Below are positions 12,648 through 26,205 of a stretch of 62,000 nt of DNA, in pieces. The stretch comes from Chiloscyllium plagiosum (Eukaryota). The stretch covers positions 41,201,208 through 41,263,207 of the forward strand of contig NC_057718.1 in the NCBI RefSeq assembly GCF_004010195.1. Direction: 5' to 3'. Each line of letters starts with the position of its first letter. Position 1 is the stretch's first letter. The position numbers and the translations under genes are program-made. The notes beneath the pieces are model-generated. The model did not search any database. It was not told the DNA's origin and saw only the letters and a program-made list of their open reading frames with translations.

Positions 12648-12820
12648 AATTAGATTCCCTACAGTGTGGAAACAGGCCCTTTGGCCCAACAAGTCCACAC
12701 CGACCCTCTGAAGAGCAACCCACCCAGACCCATTCCTCTACATTCACCCCTGACTATTGCACCTAATACTATGGGCAATTTAGCATGGCCAATTCACCTA
12801 ACCTACATATCTTTGGACTC
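12648..12820 (-). mobile_element. HE1-type SINE, 5'-truncated
   Basis: Near-identical to 11400-11560. Confidence 0.85.
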
Positions 12821-12974
12821 CTGGCTGGACTTCTTTCCAGCCAGTTTTCTCTTTCTTTCCTCACATCATTGAAAAATGTTTCAATATGTCTTCATTTGTT
12901 TTCATTTACATCTGGTCCTATCTTTAACTCCTCACAGTGTTAACTCTAACCCAGTTCAACAGTACTATCAAACA

Positions 12975-15640
12975 GCCTTATAATAAAAGCTAACACACCG
13001 TATGCCTTCTTAACAACCCTATCAACCAAGGTGGCAACTTTAAGCGAACTATGTACACTGAGATCTTTCTGCTCATCTGCACTACCAAAAATCTTACCAT
13101 TAGCCTAGTACTCTGCATTCCTGTTACTCTTTCCAAAGTAAATCACCTCACACTTTTCTGTATTAAACTCCATTTGCCACCTCTCAGCCCAGCTCTGCAG
13201 CTTATCTATGTCCCTCTGTAACCTACAACATCTTTCGGCACTATCCACAACTCTACCAACCTTCGTGTGTCTGCAAATTTACTAACCCATCCTTCCACTC
13301 TCTCATCCAGGTCATTTATAAAAATCACAAACAACAGTGCACCCAAAACAGATCCTTGCGGTACACCACTAGTAACTGAACTCCAGGATGAACATTTCCC
13401 ATCAACCACCACCCTCTGTCTTCTTTCAGCTAGCCAATTTCTGATCCAAACCACTAAATTGCCCTCAATCCCATTCCTCTGTATTTTGTGCAGTAGCCTA
13501 CCATGGGGAACCTTATCAAACACCTCACTGAAATCCATATACACCACATCAATGGCTTTACCCTCATCCACCTGTTTGGTCACCTTCTCAAAGAACTCAA
13601 TAAGGTTTGTGAGACATGACCTACCACTCACAAAACCGTGCTGACTATCTCTAATAAACTTATTCCTATTGAGATGATTGTAAATCCTATCTCTCATAAA
13701 CTTTTCCAACACTTTACACACAACCGAAGTATGGTTCAATGGTCTATCATTACCAGGGTTGTCTCTACTCCCCTTCTTAAACAAGGGAACAACATTTGCT
13801 ATCCTCCAGTATTCTGGTACTATTCCTGTAACAATGATGACATAAAGATCAAAGCCAAAGTCTCGGCAAACTCTTTCCTGGCTTTCCAGAGAATCCAAGG
13901 ATAAATTCCATCCAGCCCAGTGGACTTTCTATTTTTGCACTTTCCAGTATTGCTAATACCTCCTCCTTGTGAACCTCAATCCCATCTAGTCTCCTGGCCT
14001 GTTTCTCAGTATTCTCCTCGACAACATTGTCTTTTTCCAGTGTGAATACTGATGGAAAATATCCATTTAGCACTTCCCCATCTCCTCTGACTCCACACAC
14101 AACTTCCCACTACTATCCTTGATTGGCCCTAATTTTACTCTAGTCATTCTTTTATCCCTTATATACCGATAGAAAGCTTTAGGGTTTTCCGTGATCCTAT
14201 CCGCCAACAACTTCTCATGCCCCCTCCTCACTCGTATGTTGCAAGTTTGCCCACCTTATTCCGGATTCTGCTGTCATTGAAGTAGACACACTTCAAACCA
14301 ATTTCTTGCTTGCCAATGCCCTCATGCGATCCTGAAACCTTATTTCAGACCTCCCTACTCTCAACCTCCCCTATACTCGAACTATAATTAGGTTCCCATC
14401 ACCCTGCTGAATTAGTTTAAACTCACCCAAAGAACATTAGCAAATTTCTCCCCCAGGATATTGGTCCTCTCTGATTCAGGTGAAGACCATCCTGCTTGTA
14501 GAGGTCCCACCTGCCCCAGAAAGAGCCCCAATTATCAAGGAATCAAAAACCCTCCCTCCTGCACCATCCCTGTAGCCACATGTTCAACTCTTCTCTCTCC
14601 CTATTCCTCACCTTGCTAGCATTTGGCATAGGTAACAAACCAGAGATAACAACTCTGTTTGCCCTAGCTCTTAGCTTCCACCTTAGCTCCCTGAATTTCT
14701 GCCTTAAATCCCCATCTCTCTTCCTATCTATGTGGTTGGTGCCTGTGTGGACCAGGACTTGAGGCTGTTCCTCCTCCCCTCAAGTATCCCGAAAACATGA
14801 TCCAAGACATCATGAACCCTTAGCACCTGGGAGGCACACACCAACCATGAGTCTCTCTCATTCCCACAGAACCTCCTATCTGCCCCCTAACAATGGAGTC
14901 CCCCATGACTAATGCTCTGCTCCTCTTCCCCCTTCCCTTCTGAGTAACAGGAACAGATTCTACGCCAGAGACCTGTGCCTCATTTCTTACCCTTGGTAAG
15001 TCATCCCTCCCCAACAGCTTGTTGTTGAGCATAATGGCCACAGGGGATCCCTATACTGCCTGCCCCTTCCCTTTCCTTCCTCTGACGGTAATGCATCTAC
15101 CTTCTTCTTTTACCTGAGGTGTATCTACCTCCCTGTAACTCCTCTCAAGAAACCCCTCTGCCTCCAGATGATCCAAAGTTCATCCAGCTCCAGCTCCAGC
15201 TCCAGTTCCCTAATGTAGTTTTTGAGGAGCTGAAGTTGGGTGCACTTCCCGTAGATGCAGTCAGCAGGGACACTAGTGGTGACCCTTACCTCCCACATTC
15301 TGCAGGAGGAACATTCAACTGCTTTCAACTGCCCTAACCTCCCTTTCCACTATTCTAAATTCCAAATGAGTCTACTGAAAACTACAAAATAGGACAAAAA
15401 AAAACACTCACCTTATCAATCTGGTTAGAGGAGGAGGACGGGTGGGAGAACTACCCGAGTAGTATTTCGGGTAAAGCAACCACCCAAATATAAACCGTCA
15501 CTTACCCAGCAGTCCCATGTCAGCTCCTGCTCAGTGTGCACTCTGCCTGTACATGAGGTAAGTTTTTGAACCATACTCCTACCTTCCCATTAGGCCCCTG
15601 GTCCTCACTGTCGCTCCTTCCACTGCAACTGTGGGAACAC
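12975..15640 (-). mobile_element. CR1 LINE with internal deletions (5'UTR, ORF1, RT)
   Basis: ORFs: KAVECSSCRMWE (15125-15328), RALVMGDSIVRG (14820-15041), RT SQHGF...GVPQGSVLG...KFAD (13206-13898). Confidence 0.9.
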
Positions 15641-15734
15641 TATCACAGAAAACTGTTGAGTCTGTATCATTAACAATGTTCAAGGCTGAGACAGACAGAT
15701 TTTTAATCAGTAAGTGAATGAAAAGACAGAAGAG

Positions 15735-16060
15735 GGTGGCATGCTTGCTCAGTGGTTAGCACTGCAGCCTCACAGTGCCAGGAATCAGGCTCGATTCCTG
15801 CCTCAGGCACCTGTCTGTGTGGAGTTTGCACATTCTCCCCGTGTCTGCATGGGTTTCCTCCGGGTGGTCCAGTTTCCTCCCACTATCCAAAGATGTGCAG
15901 GTCAGGTAAATTGGCCATGCTAAATTGCCCATGGTGTTAGGTGCATTAGTCAGGGGTAAATATAGGGTAGGGGAATGGGTCTGGGTGGGTAACTGTTCAG
16001 TGGGTTGGTGTGGACTTGTTGGGCTGAACGGCCTGTTTCTATACTGTAGGGAATCTAATC
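15735..16060 (+). mobile_element. HE1-type SINE inside an old CR1 3' tail (15645-16160)
   Basis: GCTCAGTGGTTAGCACTGCAGCCTCACAG head, conserved core, GAATCTAATC tail. Confidence 0.9.
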
Positions 16061-16167
16061 AAAAAGTGGAGCTGAGGATTATCGGATCTGCCTGATCTCA
16101 TTAAATGACAGCCAGACTTAATGGGCTGAATGGCCTACTTCAGCTCTGACACGTTATGGTAGCCATC

Positions 16168-18804
16168 TGAGATGTCTTGAGTAGATTTACTTCCACCAAT
16201 TCCTATTAGTATTAGACTAAGTTACTCAGTGGGGAAAGATGTCGACAAAAAGTATTTGGTTTTAATAAACAACATAGGTTTATTACCTCGTACCCAATAG
16301 CTAGTTACATGACATTCACTTGTGAGATATCAGGTTGGATTGAGAGAAAGCACACATTATACTTATCAACATGAAACCTAGCATGACAGCAACTGGAACT
16401 GAACACTGATATCAAACTGGTTAACTCCTCCCAGGAACACTCCTTTGTATTTCTATGGATGGAACTTATCTTGTGATGCCAGCTAATCCTTTCAGATTTG
16501 ATCTGCCGATACAAAATCCCCCCCAAGCAATTTTCTGATTTTAAAATCTTTATAGAATTGTTTTACACATGTAATTTTATCACTACTCCATCTCTCTCTC
16601 CAAGTCTCTGACTTTATAAATGGCTGTGACTTGGTTGATTTGGAAGACAACCACTTGAGGATGAAACATTCATGTTCAGTTAACTTGCTGTACTGGAACC
16701 ATGGTGACTCTTTGATTTTCCAAACAACTTTTGCCAAGGGCGTTCTGTGGTATCGAAGTCGCTTTTGGATATTTGTTTCCCTTGAAGAATGTTTAGTTTC
16801 ATCAAATTATGTAAGAGAAGATATTTGTGTTTCTGAAAGAAACGATGTTCTTCTTTTGTAAGGAGGTATACTTGTATGTGACCCTTTCATTCTTGCATGT
16901 ATTCTATTGGGTAACATTATTTTATCAGGTTCAATCACAGACAGTACAGTTTTGTTCTATTTTGGTCTTGCTTCTTATAATTAGTACCATTTTTTTAAGT
17001 ATAAAAAGCTTATTACAAACTGCTGGTGATTTTGGTGTCAAGGATGTTCAATTATTGGATTTTGAAGATTCATCTGCAGTTTGAAAACAGTTGAATAATT
17101 GCTTCAAAGCTGTGAAATCAGTGGCATCTTCTGATATCTCAGTGGTACAGAGTTTCCATACACCAAAGCAATTAGTCCCAACTGGTATATATTTTCTCTT
17201 GGATTCAAAGAATGTTCTTCTGAATAGAGATACTGATATTTAGTTTCTGAACAGCTGAGGTTCTTCAACATAGTGTAGACTATTAAGTCTGAAACCTGCT
17301 TTTCTATTTAGAATTAGGAAGCATTGATTTTTTTTGATGACGTACAGCCATTCTACATGGTATCGATCTCTGTATTTTATAGATGTTCCCAGCATTCCTT
17401 TGATTTTGAGCCTGGGCTGTGCAGTTCTCTGTTAGAGGGTTCAATTCTATCTTCCCCACCTAAGCAACTATTATCTGAAAAACTGGTTTTAAGCACATAA
17501 AGATTGTTTAAGAGTTTTAAAACGAAATATTTCTGTTATTACCTAGATGGAGAAGACTGTTACATGAGTTTTCCTATCTCCTTAATGAGTTCCTCACCCT
17601 TTTTAACATTATTGATAATTTGCTCTAATTCTGCTTTTTTGTGAGTCTCACACCTTTTTATACTTACAAAATGGTATTATACTGTTTTCATGCCTTTAAG
17701 TCTATTTAGTTTGGCACAACAAAACTAGTTTTACATCTCAACAACTTTTCTATTGAAAACTTCTTTTGCCTTCAACATTTTCACTTTAACTGGCTGAATT
17801 GTACAGCTAATTTAGTGAATTCTTAATGAATGTCCTTGATCTCATTTGTTTTAGCAGCTTTTCTTGAGAATATTAAAGGATTATGATTATACTTGTTTAA
17901 TTAATATAGCAACTTAACCCTTCTTTCAGGCTTTTAGCCTAAACTTTTGCCCTGAATGCGATAGATTTTCACCTTCCTTTAAAGAAAGTAACTTATCTTG
18001 GATGTCCAATATCAAATGCTCTTTCCTCCTTGTAGCTTTGATAAGACTGCCCAAGGTCTACATATGATTTTTTCAGTAGTTTTCACTATTTCTGACTCTG
18101 CTGTTGCTTCTGTAGCCATTTAACGCCTGGCTGCTGTATCCACAGAAGCTGACAGTATCTGTGTGCTTTAAGCTGCTGAATATTTAATGGCTAACTGGAA
18201 TTCTTTTTCTTTTTTTCATCTCCTTGGATGATTGTGGCTTTTGTAGAGCTGAAGATTTCTTCAGAAGACCAGTACTGCTAACACATTATATGAGTCAATA
18301 GTCTCTACCTGCTCCTGCCATGGTGAATGTATTATTCATCTATATGATGAAATCTGCACTACTGTCAGCATGTCATACTGTAAGTATATGTTGTGATTTT
18401 GTTCACGAAAACCATCTGAGATGCCTTGGATATATTCACTGCCCCCTATCATTTTTATTGGTATTAATCTAAGTTCCTTTTACCAAGTGGGAAAGGATGT
18501 ATACATAAGTATTCACCAGAAAGGAGGCTTAATAATCAGAATAGGTTTATTACATAGTACTTAATAGCTAGTTACATTACATCTGAGTTATTTGATATTC
18601 ACTGGTGAGACATCAGAGTGAACCTAAGAGTAAGTACACACCACTGTTAGCTACATGAGACTTAGTACTGAAACCCAGCAGTGGTACCAGAACTTGAACA
18701 GTCCCTTTTCCTGGTCTCAGGAACAGGTTTTTTTAAAGCTTAATGCCTGAGATTACCTCATAATGTCAGTTAACCCCTTCTGGTACTAACTGCCTCATAC
18801 AACA
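16168..18804 (-). mobile_element. Ancient degenerate LTR element (LTRs ~16168-16515 and ~18417-18804)
   Basis: Diverged direct repeats share CCATCTGAGATG, ATAGGTTTATTAC and AATAGCTAGTTACAT. On minus the right copy starts TGTTGTATG. A G7 polypurine tract (16518-16524) abuts the left copy. Minus-strand AATAAA in both. Confidence 0.55.
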
Positions 18805-19634
18805 AGAAGAGCAAACAGCAAAGAACTGCTGGAAATCAGAAATAAAACAGAAATTGCTGGAAAAACTCAGTATGGTTGGCAGCATCTGTGCAGAGAAAGC
18901 AGAGTTAATGTGTTGGGTTGAGTGACCCTTCTTCAGAACTGATTTTAGGAAGAGGTTGGATTGTATACTGAGGATGGGATGGGAGAGAAGTAAACAATAC
19001 TTGAAGATGGAGCACTAGGAGAGAGGAAAACAATCAGGCAGACAAAGGAATGGGTAGAAGTCAGCCTAGAAAGATCAGTAGCTGCTGATGAGGGCCATTA
19101 CTAGCTGACAATGTGTTGTTTGAGGTGGCAGCTGACGTGATGACAGGGCCTGGTGATGGGGGTTGGGGAAAGAACATGGAAGAAGGTGTTTAGGCCCTAG
19201 AATTATTGAACTTGATGTTGGGTCCTGAAAGATACAGGGTACCCAAGTGGAAAATGAAGTGCTGTTCTTCAGCTTGCACTGAGCTTTGCTGGAGCAATAT
19301 AGCAACCTTGAGGCACAGATGCTCACCAGGGAACGCAGTGGTATGTTGAAGTGGCAGGCAACTGGAAGCCCGTTGTCATTCTTACAGACAGAACATTACA
19401 TTCTGCAGAGCTGCTGCCCAGTCTGTGTTTCATTTCCTCAGTGTAGAAAAGACCCATTGTGAGCAGCAAATTAGTAGATTAGATTGAGTGAAGTTCAGGC
19501 AAATCGCTGCTTCACCTGGGGCGTTGGATAGTGGAGAGAGAGGAAGTAAATGGACAGGTATTGCACCTTCTGCAATTGCATGAGAAAGATGTTGCAAGTG
19601 GAGGAAGAGTTGACTAGGGTATCCCAGAGAGAAC

Positions 19635-19803
19635 AGGCAAAAGTGAGGACTGCAAATGCTGGAGATCAGAGTCTAGATTAGAGTGGTGCTGGAAAAACAC
19701 AGCAGGTCAGGAGCCTCCAAGGAGCAGGAAAATCGATGTTTCGGGCAAAAGCCAACATTCTTGATGAAAGGCTTTTTATAGCACCACTCTAATCTAGACT
19801 CTG
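19635..19803. mobile_element. Short inverted PLE-terminus insert nested in the PLE
   Basis: Inverted repeat CAGAGTCTAGATTAGAGTGGTGCT ... AGCACCACTCTAATCTAGACTCTG. Confidence 0.7.
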
Positions 19804-20219
19804 TCCCAGAGAGAATGGTCTCTGCAGAAACCTGACAGGGGAGGGGACAGGAAATGTGACTGGTGGTGGCAGCCCCATTGGAGGTGGCAGAAATAACAGC
19901 TAATGATCCATTGAATGTGGATGCTGAGGGTGGTGGTAAGTGAGACCAGGGGGACCATACTGCTGTTTTGAGATGGAAGAGAAGAGGTGAGAGCCGAAGG
20001 GCAGGAGATGGATATGACGTGGCTGAGGGCCCTGTCAACCACAGTGGTGGGAAATCCTCAGTTGAGGAAGAATGAGGATATTTCAAAGACCCCTTTCTCA
20101 AAGTTGGCAGGAAGCAGATTGTGAGGATGTATAGTCCAAGTAACTGTGGGGGTTCGTAGGTTAATAGTGGATATTGGTGGCCAGACTCTTGCCAGAAATG
20201 GACACAGAGATGTCAAGGA

Positions 20220-20555
20220 AGGTATGATGGCACAGTGGTCAGCACTGTTACCTTATAGCGCCAAGGACCGAGGTTTGATCCCAGACCTGAGCGACTGTCA
20301 ATGTGGAGTTTACATGTTCTGTCTGTGTCTGCGTGGGTTTCCTCCGGGTGCACCAGTGGCTGACTCCTTCCACAGTCCAAAGATGTGCAGATTAGATGGA
20401 TTGACCATGCTGAAGTGTCCTGCAGTATCCAGGGATACGCAGGTTAGATGGATTAGCCATGATAGATGCAGGAATATGAAGATAGAGAGGGATGCTTTTC
20501 CAAGAATCAGTGCAGACCAAGTGGGCCAAATGGCCTTTCTGCATTGGAGTGATTT
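20220..20555 (+). mobile_element. Diverged HE1-like SINE nested in the PLE
   Basis: GGCACAGTGGTCAGCACTG head and GTGTCTGCGTGGGTTTCCTCCGGGTGC...CACAGTCCAAAGATGTGCAG core. Confidence 0.75.
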
Positions 20556-23500
20556 TATGATCCCTATGGAAGGGAGGACTCAGCCATTGTGCAGTTGAGG
20601 GCAAGGTGGAAATAGGAAGTGAAACAGATAAACATTTCCAATTCTGGTGAGAGGGGAAAGCAGGACTGACAATGTCATCAATGTACCAGAGAACGTGCTG
20701 TGGGTTGGGGGGGGGGAAGGGTGGGGTTGCAAAATAGAACTGGAACAAAGAATGTTTCACATATTCCACAAAGAGACAGGCATAATTGGGGCCCATGCAG
20801 GTATCCATGGCCACATCTTTGACTTGAAGAAAGTGAGAGGTTAAAGGAGAAATTGTACAAAGTGAGGACAAGCTCAGCCAGGTTGAGGAGGGTGGTGGTA
20901 GATGGGCAAGATTCAGACTTATTTTCCAGGAAGAAGCAGAAAGCCCTGAGACCATCCTGATGGGGGATGGACATGTAAAGAGATGGCTGGAGCCTGCAAA
21001 CTGGAAATTCTGTAAGCATCAGAAGACTTGTGGACTTAATTGGGGAGGGACTGCTCAAGGGGAGAAAAATATCCAGTCAAGTTGGGAAGAGATGTTCTGC
21101 AGAGCAGGAGCAGGCTGAATAATGGCTGCGTAGTCCTGTTTGTGGAATTTTATTTTTTAAAAAACCTTTTTAAAAGTAAAACATTAAACTATCTCAGGTG
21201 AATATGAAAAATTACATAGTGGTGCAGTTAAGAAGAGAATCCTGGTGTCATGAGCAACATCCATTTCTAAATCAATGTCATTAAGAAATAGATTATCGTT
21301 TCATTATTACGTTGCTGTTCAGGGTGACCTTGCTTTGTGCACATTGGCTGCTAAGCTTCCTTTGTTACAGCAACACTTCCAAACTTTGGGACAGTATGAA
21401 GTCCTGAAATACAATATACAAAAATATACAATATACTTCTTCCTTCTACATGGTTACATAATCATGCCCCTTTCCACATATGCTTTCTCTCACTAAAGAC
21501 ACTATTGACCAGGGTCTTCATATTCCTTCAAAAGGCAGCACACCAAAACATTGTCAATTTTATTACAGGATACACTTATGCACCACACGAGGGTGATATC
21601 CAGATCTGGATGAAAACCATTATCAATCTATAAGCTAATGCTGATGGACAAGGTAGTAATCAATGTTATAGCCAAATGGGGAGATCAGCATTATGAAGAG
21701 GTAAGGTTGGAGAAACTATCCTGTCTGATGTTTGCCCATCTCCTTCTGCTTTTCTTTGTGACTGAATTTTATCCTTCATAGACATTGAGATGCAATTTGG
21801 TGACCAATGAGTTGTGACGATTGCATGACAACTCCAAATCTATTCAGCTAGTAAAAGGATTGAAGATGGTAACAGTGATTTTCTCCATTTAGCCAGTTAC
21901 TGATTCAACAGCTTGAGTGAAAGACACGAGGGAACTGAGGTTTGATACATGCTGAATATCCCCTAATGCCTTCCAAGAAACTCGTTCGTTAGCACAGGGC
22001 AACAATGCCCTGAGGATGCTGAAGCCTTTCCTATTGATTTATATCATAGCCCTCACACTATGCATTTGTACAGTCAATGATGTCTGAAACTTGGTAGAAA
22101 CATATAATCCTTGCAAAGTCCAGAGCCATGGCTTTCTGCTATCTGAATTCTATAGGGAAGGAAATGAAATTAATGGCTTGGTGATGAGCATGTTCATTAC
22201 TTGCACAGCCATACACAACTGCTTGACTATTTGTTGCGAAAATCACTGCTGCAGTTAAATTAATCCCAGGCACAAATAGTCTGAAGAATAGTTGCTTTCA
22301 TAGGCACAGAAAAGGACATGGATGAGTTGTGCTGGACAGCAGTCTGTGTTACAGCACATGGCAGTGCTTGCTAATCAGATGATGACTTTTATGTAAAACC
22401 CTTTCTTAGACACTGCTGCTTAACATACATGAAGTTTTTGTTTTGTATACTCGAATCGCATACAAGTCTCCCTCCTTTTGCCCTTTAATTATCCAACTAT
22501 CTGACTCTGAGTATTGCCTGTAGTTGCTCTCCCTCCTCTTCTAGCCACAAAGGTATCCCAATCAACAAGTCCATAACGTACGCCAGCAGTTTTGTGAAAA
22601 GACTCTAGTTTCTCTAGCGCAAAGTCAGCCAGATAGATTTTTATGGGGTTTACTTCCAATTGCAGTAGACAACATTGCAAAAATGGCAAAGCAGTGCACT
22701 GGCGATCAAAAGGAAGAAATCAGTGATATGTCTGTGTTATTTTGTTCACTCAAGGATTCCTGCCCTTGATTATCATTCCATTGTGTAACTGTCAAATCTA
22801 ATGCTAAAGTTGCTGAACTGGTTTTGGGATATTTTAAACTAATGCAGCTCCCTCGTGCACCTTTATTGATGAGGATTCCACTGTTTTCAAATGGGTATAT
22901 TGGACATCTATGAAAAAGCTCAACCCTATGTGGTATGAGTTTATTTTTGCTTCAGAATGTGAAGTCAAGATTGCAATTCAGTCGTTAAAATCTACTGCTC
23001 AGAGCAACAACAATAAATAAATGACGGCAATTGAAATCTCCTTCAAATATTCCTTGTGTATTCCTTTATATGTTAAGATCTCGAGAAACTATTCTGTAAT
23101 TGCTTAGCATTATACTTCTGCTGAAGTCAAGTACTCCAGCTGCAGTTTAAAGTTTGAGCGATATTAAAAGCCTCTGAGATATATCTTGACTCGATGGTGC
23201 TGCTCTTCTCTGTTCTACTGACTATAGTTTGAAATTTATTCAATGACCTTTGGCACTGCTTACTGAGCTCATGCAGTCTAGTGGGTAATCCCCGTTGAGC
23301 TCATGCGCAACTTAACTCTTGTTTGCCAACTAAATGTGAGTGTTGAGAAGATTTTAGTGTATTAATTCCATCCTTTCCATTGAAAACTGCCAATGGAGAA
23401 TTCTCCAAAGCAGCCACAGAGAGCGTAAAACCACACATTTTACAGTTAATTTAATGAAATGTAGTGGAATGTCACTTCTTCATGATTTCAAAGCAGAACC

Positions 23501-23804
23501 TCCTTAGTTACAAGAAAGGAGAGAGTGGTTTTCCCATTTGTAAAACATGGCCAGCCACTGGCAATCCAGGGGTGGGGAGGTCACCTTGCAAGCTGCATTA
23601 AAGCCTAAGTTTTTCCTGGTGCAATCACAAAGGCCTGTAAATGGTAAGCACCATAACCCCCTGAAACAAGAAAGAAGCCTCTTTCACAGGCAAGCCCCAG
23701 TTGTATAGTGGTCCAGGACCCCACATGAATTGTTCAGGCATCTTTAAGCCAAGTACATACATTGCAAGTGCAACCTGTTTTCACCAGGTGTTGATTGATC
23801 AAGA

Positions 23805-25149
23805 TTTAGAGATGCCGGTGTTGGACTGGAGTATACAAAGTTAAAAATCATACAACACCAGGTTATAGTCCAACAGGTTTAATTGGAAACACTAGCTTTC
23901 AGAGTGCCGCTCCTTCATCTGGTGGTTGTGGAGGACACAATTGTAAGGCACAGAATTTATAGCAAAAGTTTATAGTGTGATGTAACCGCAATTATACACT
24001 GAAAAATACCTTGATTGTCTATTGAGTCTTTCATCTGTTCGAATACTATGATAGTTTCACTTCTTTCATGTGTAAATCACAAAACCTTTTTTAAAAAGTT
24101 GCATTCTCAGGTTAGCTGTTAACAATGGTGATAGCTAGACAATATGTTGAAGGTGTTGGCCCCCTGTGTTCTATGTCTCTGCCAAGATGTTTAGATTGAT
24201 CCTAATCTAAAAAGTGAGATAACAGAGTTTTACATGAATTCATGCAGTTTTTGAGCAAAGTACAATGTAACTCTACAAGTACAAATTCACCCCACAAAAG
24301 TATATGTATATGTGTGCATGTGGGTCTTTGTGTCTGTGTGTGTGTTTGTGTGTGCGTGTCTGTCTGGGTTGGGGGGTTGTGAATGTAGGAGAGAGTGTAT
24401 ATGTGTGTGTATGTGAGTTAGAGTATCTTAAGTCTGTGAGGGGGTGCATGTGTGAGTGTGGGAGTGTGTGTGTGTGTGTGTCTGGGGTGGGGGGTTATGA
24501 GTGTCTGTGAGACAGAGTGTATATGTGTATCCGTGAGTGTAGAGTGCTCTAAGTCTCTGAGAGGATGTATGTGTGAGTGTGTGAGTGTCTGTGTATATGT
24601 GTGTGTCCGTGTGTGTCCGTGTGTGTGTGTAGGAGTGTCTGTGTGTGCGTATAGTGCAATGGTGGTCACCTGTAGTGTGACATGAACCCAAGACCCCAGC
24701 TGAGACTCTCTCTATGGGTATGGAACTTAGCTATCAGCCTCTGCTCAGCCACTTTTTGCTGCTGCCTGTCCCAAAGTCCACCTTGGAGGATGGTCACCCG
24801 AAGGTCCGAGGCTGAATGTCCTGGACTGTTGAAGTGTTCCCCAACTGGGAGGGAACACTCCTGTCTGTTGATTGTTGTGTGGTGCCCATTCATCCATTGC
24901 CATAACCTTTGCTCGGTTTCCCTAATGTACCATGCTTTAGGGCATCCTTGCCTGCAACATATAAGATAAACAACATTGGCTGACTCACATGAGTACTTGC
25001 CACGTACATGACAATCAAGGTATTTTTCAATGTATAATTTCAGTTACATCACACTGTAAACTTTTGTTATAAATTCTGTATCTTACAATTGTGTCCTCCA
25101 CAACCACCTGATGAAAGAGCGGCACTCCAATAGCTAGTGTTTCCAATTA
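23805..25149 (-). mobile_element. 5'-truncated Penelope-like element with inverted pLTR copy
   Basis: GIY-YIG C-terminal ORF 24666..24893 (SLPVGEHFNSPGH...AEQRLIAKF). ~23880-24020 is the reverse complement of ~25011-25149. Confidence 0.85.
24300..24650. repeat. TG-rich low-complexity tract within the PLE
   Basis: Imperfect (TG)n with repeated GTGTCTGGGGTGGGGGGTT-like units. Confidence 0.85.
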
Positions 25150-25309
25150 TGCAACTCCGGAGCAGGTAGGGCTTGAACTCAGGACCATGGGTAGGGACAC
25201 TATCATTGCACCACAAGAGGGCCATTTAAATGAGCATGTGCAATACCTGGGCAGGAACATCCAAAAGACTATGGATTTGTTAGCATAAGAAATATACTTT
25301 GCACGGCAT

Positions 25310-26205
25310 GATAAATATTGTCTCAGGGCAGGACTTGTACAATTAATTGTAGGGTCCTGGGGAGTGTTGAGAGTGTGGTGCTGGAAAAGCGCAGCAGGTC
25401 AGGCAGCATCCGACGAGCAGGTGAATCGATGTTTCAGGCAGAAGCCCTTCCTGATGAAGTGCTTATGCCCAAAATGTTGATTTTCCTGCTCTTCAGATGC
25501 TGCCTGACCTGCTGTGCTTTCCCAGCACCATATTCTTGACTCTGATCTCCAGCATCTGCAGTCCTCACTTTCTCCTGGGGAATGTTGCTGAACAAAGAGA
25601 TCTTGGAGTGCAGGTATTTGGTATGCTTGCCTTTATGAGTCAGTGAATTGACTATAGGAGTTGGGAGGTCATGTTGCACCTGTACAGGATATTGGTGAGG
25701 CCACTTTTGGGATATTGCATGTAATTCTGGTCTCCTGCTATAGAAAGGATGTTGTGAAACTTGTAAGGGTTCAGAAAAGATTTACAAGGATATTCCCTAG
25801 GCTGGACGGTTTGAGCTATAGGGAGGAGCTGAATAAGCTGGGGCTATTTTCCCTGGAGTGTCAGAAGTTAAGAGGTGACCTTATAGAGGTTCATAAAACC
25901 ATGAGGGACATGGATAGGATAAATAGACAAGGTATTTTTCCTGAGCTGGATGGGTCCAACTAGAGGGCATAGGTTTAAGGTGAGAAGGGAAAGATTTAAA
26001 AGGGATCTGAAGGCCAACTTTTTTCACACAGAGCATAGTAGTGTTTATGGATTGAGCTGCCAGAGAAAGTGGTAGAGGCTGGTACATTTAAAAGGCATCT
26101 GGCTGGCTATATGAATAGGAAGGATTTAGAGGAATATGGGCCAGGTGCTAGCAAATGGGATGAGATTAATTTAGGATATCTGTTCAGCACGGACCAGTTG
26201 GACTG
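25310..26205 (+). mobile_element. CR1/HER1 3' fragment
   Basis: YRKDVVKLVRVQKRFTR...LFSLE..KLRGDLIEVHK, followed by the CR1 3' tail. Confidence 0.85.
25370..25573. mobile_element. Palindromic PLE-terminus element inserted in the CR1
   Basis: TGGTGCTGGAAAAGCGCAGCAGGTCAGGCAGCATC and its reverse complement. Flanked by duplicated CCTGGGGA(G/A)TGTTG. Confidence 0.75.

Larger units (their letters stand above)
18820..21130 (-). mobile_element. Penelope-like element fragment (RT plus C-terminal remnants)
   Basis: Minus ORFs SLYMSIPHQDGL, AELVLTLYNFSFN and VAMDTCMGPNYACLFVEYV...WYIDDI are degenerate PLE RT motifs. PLE-type terminus at 18820-18940. Confidence 0.8.

Noticed and set aside
21600..22260. 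Possible very old Harbinger remnant (TCTAIHN-like); similar hints at 53300-53800
   Set aside because: A single weak motif; not supportable by eye.
24304..24691. Cys/Val-rich and His/Thr-rich ORFs (also 42195-42507)
   Set aside because: Translations of TG/CA microsatellite.
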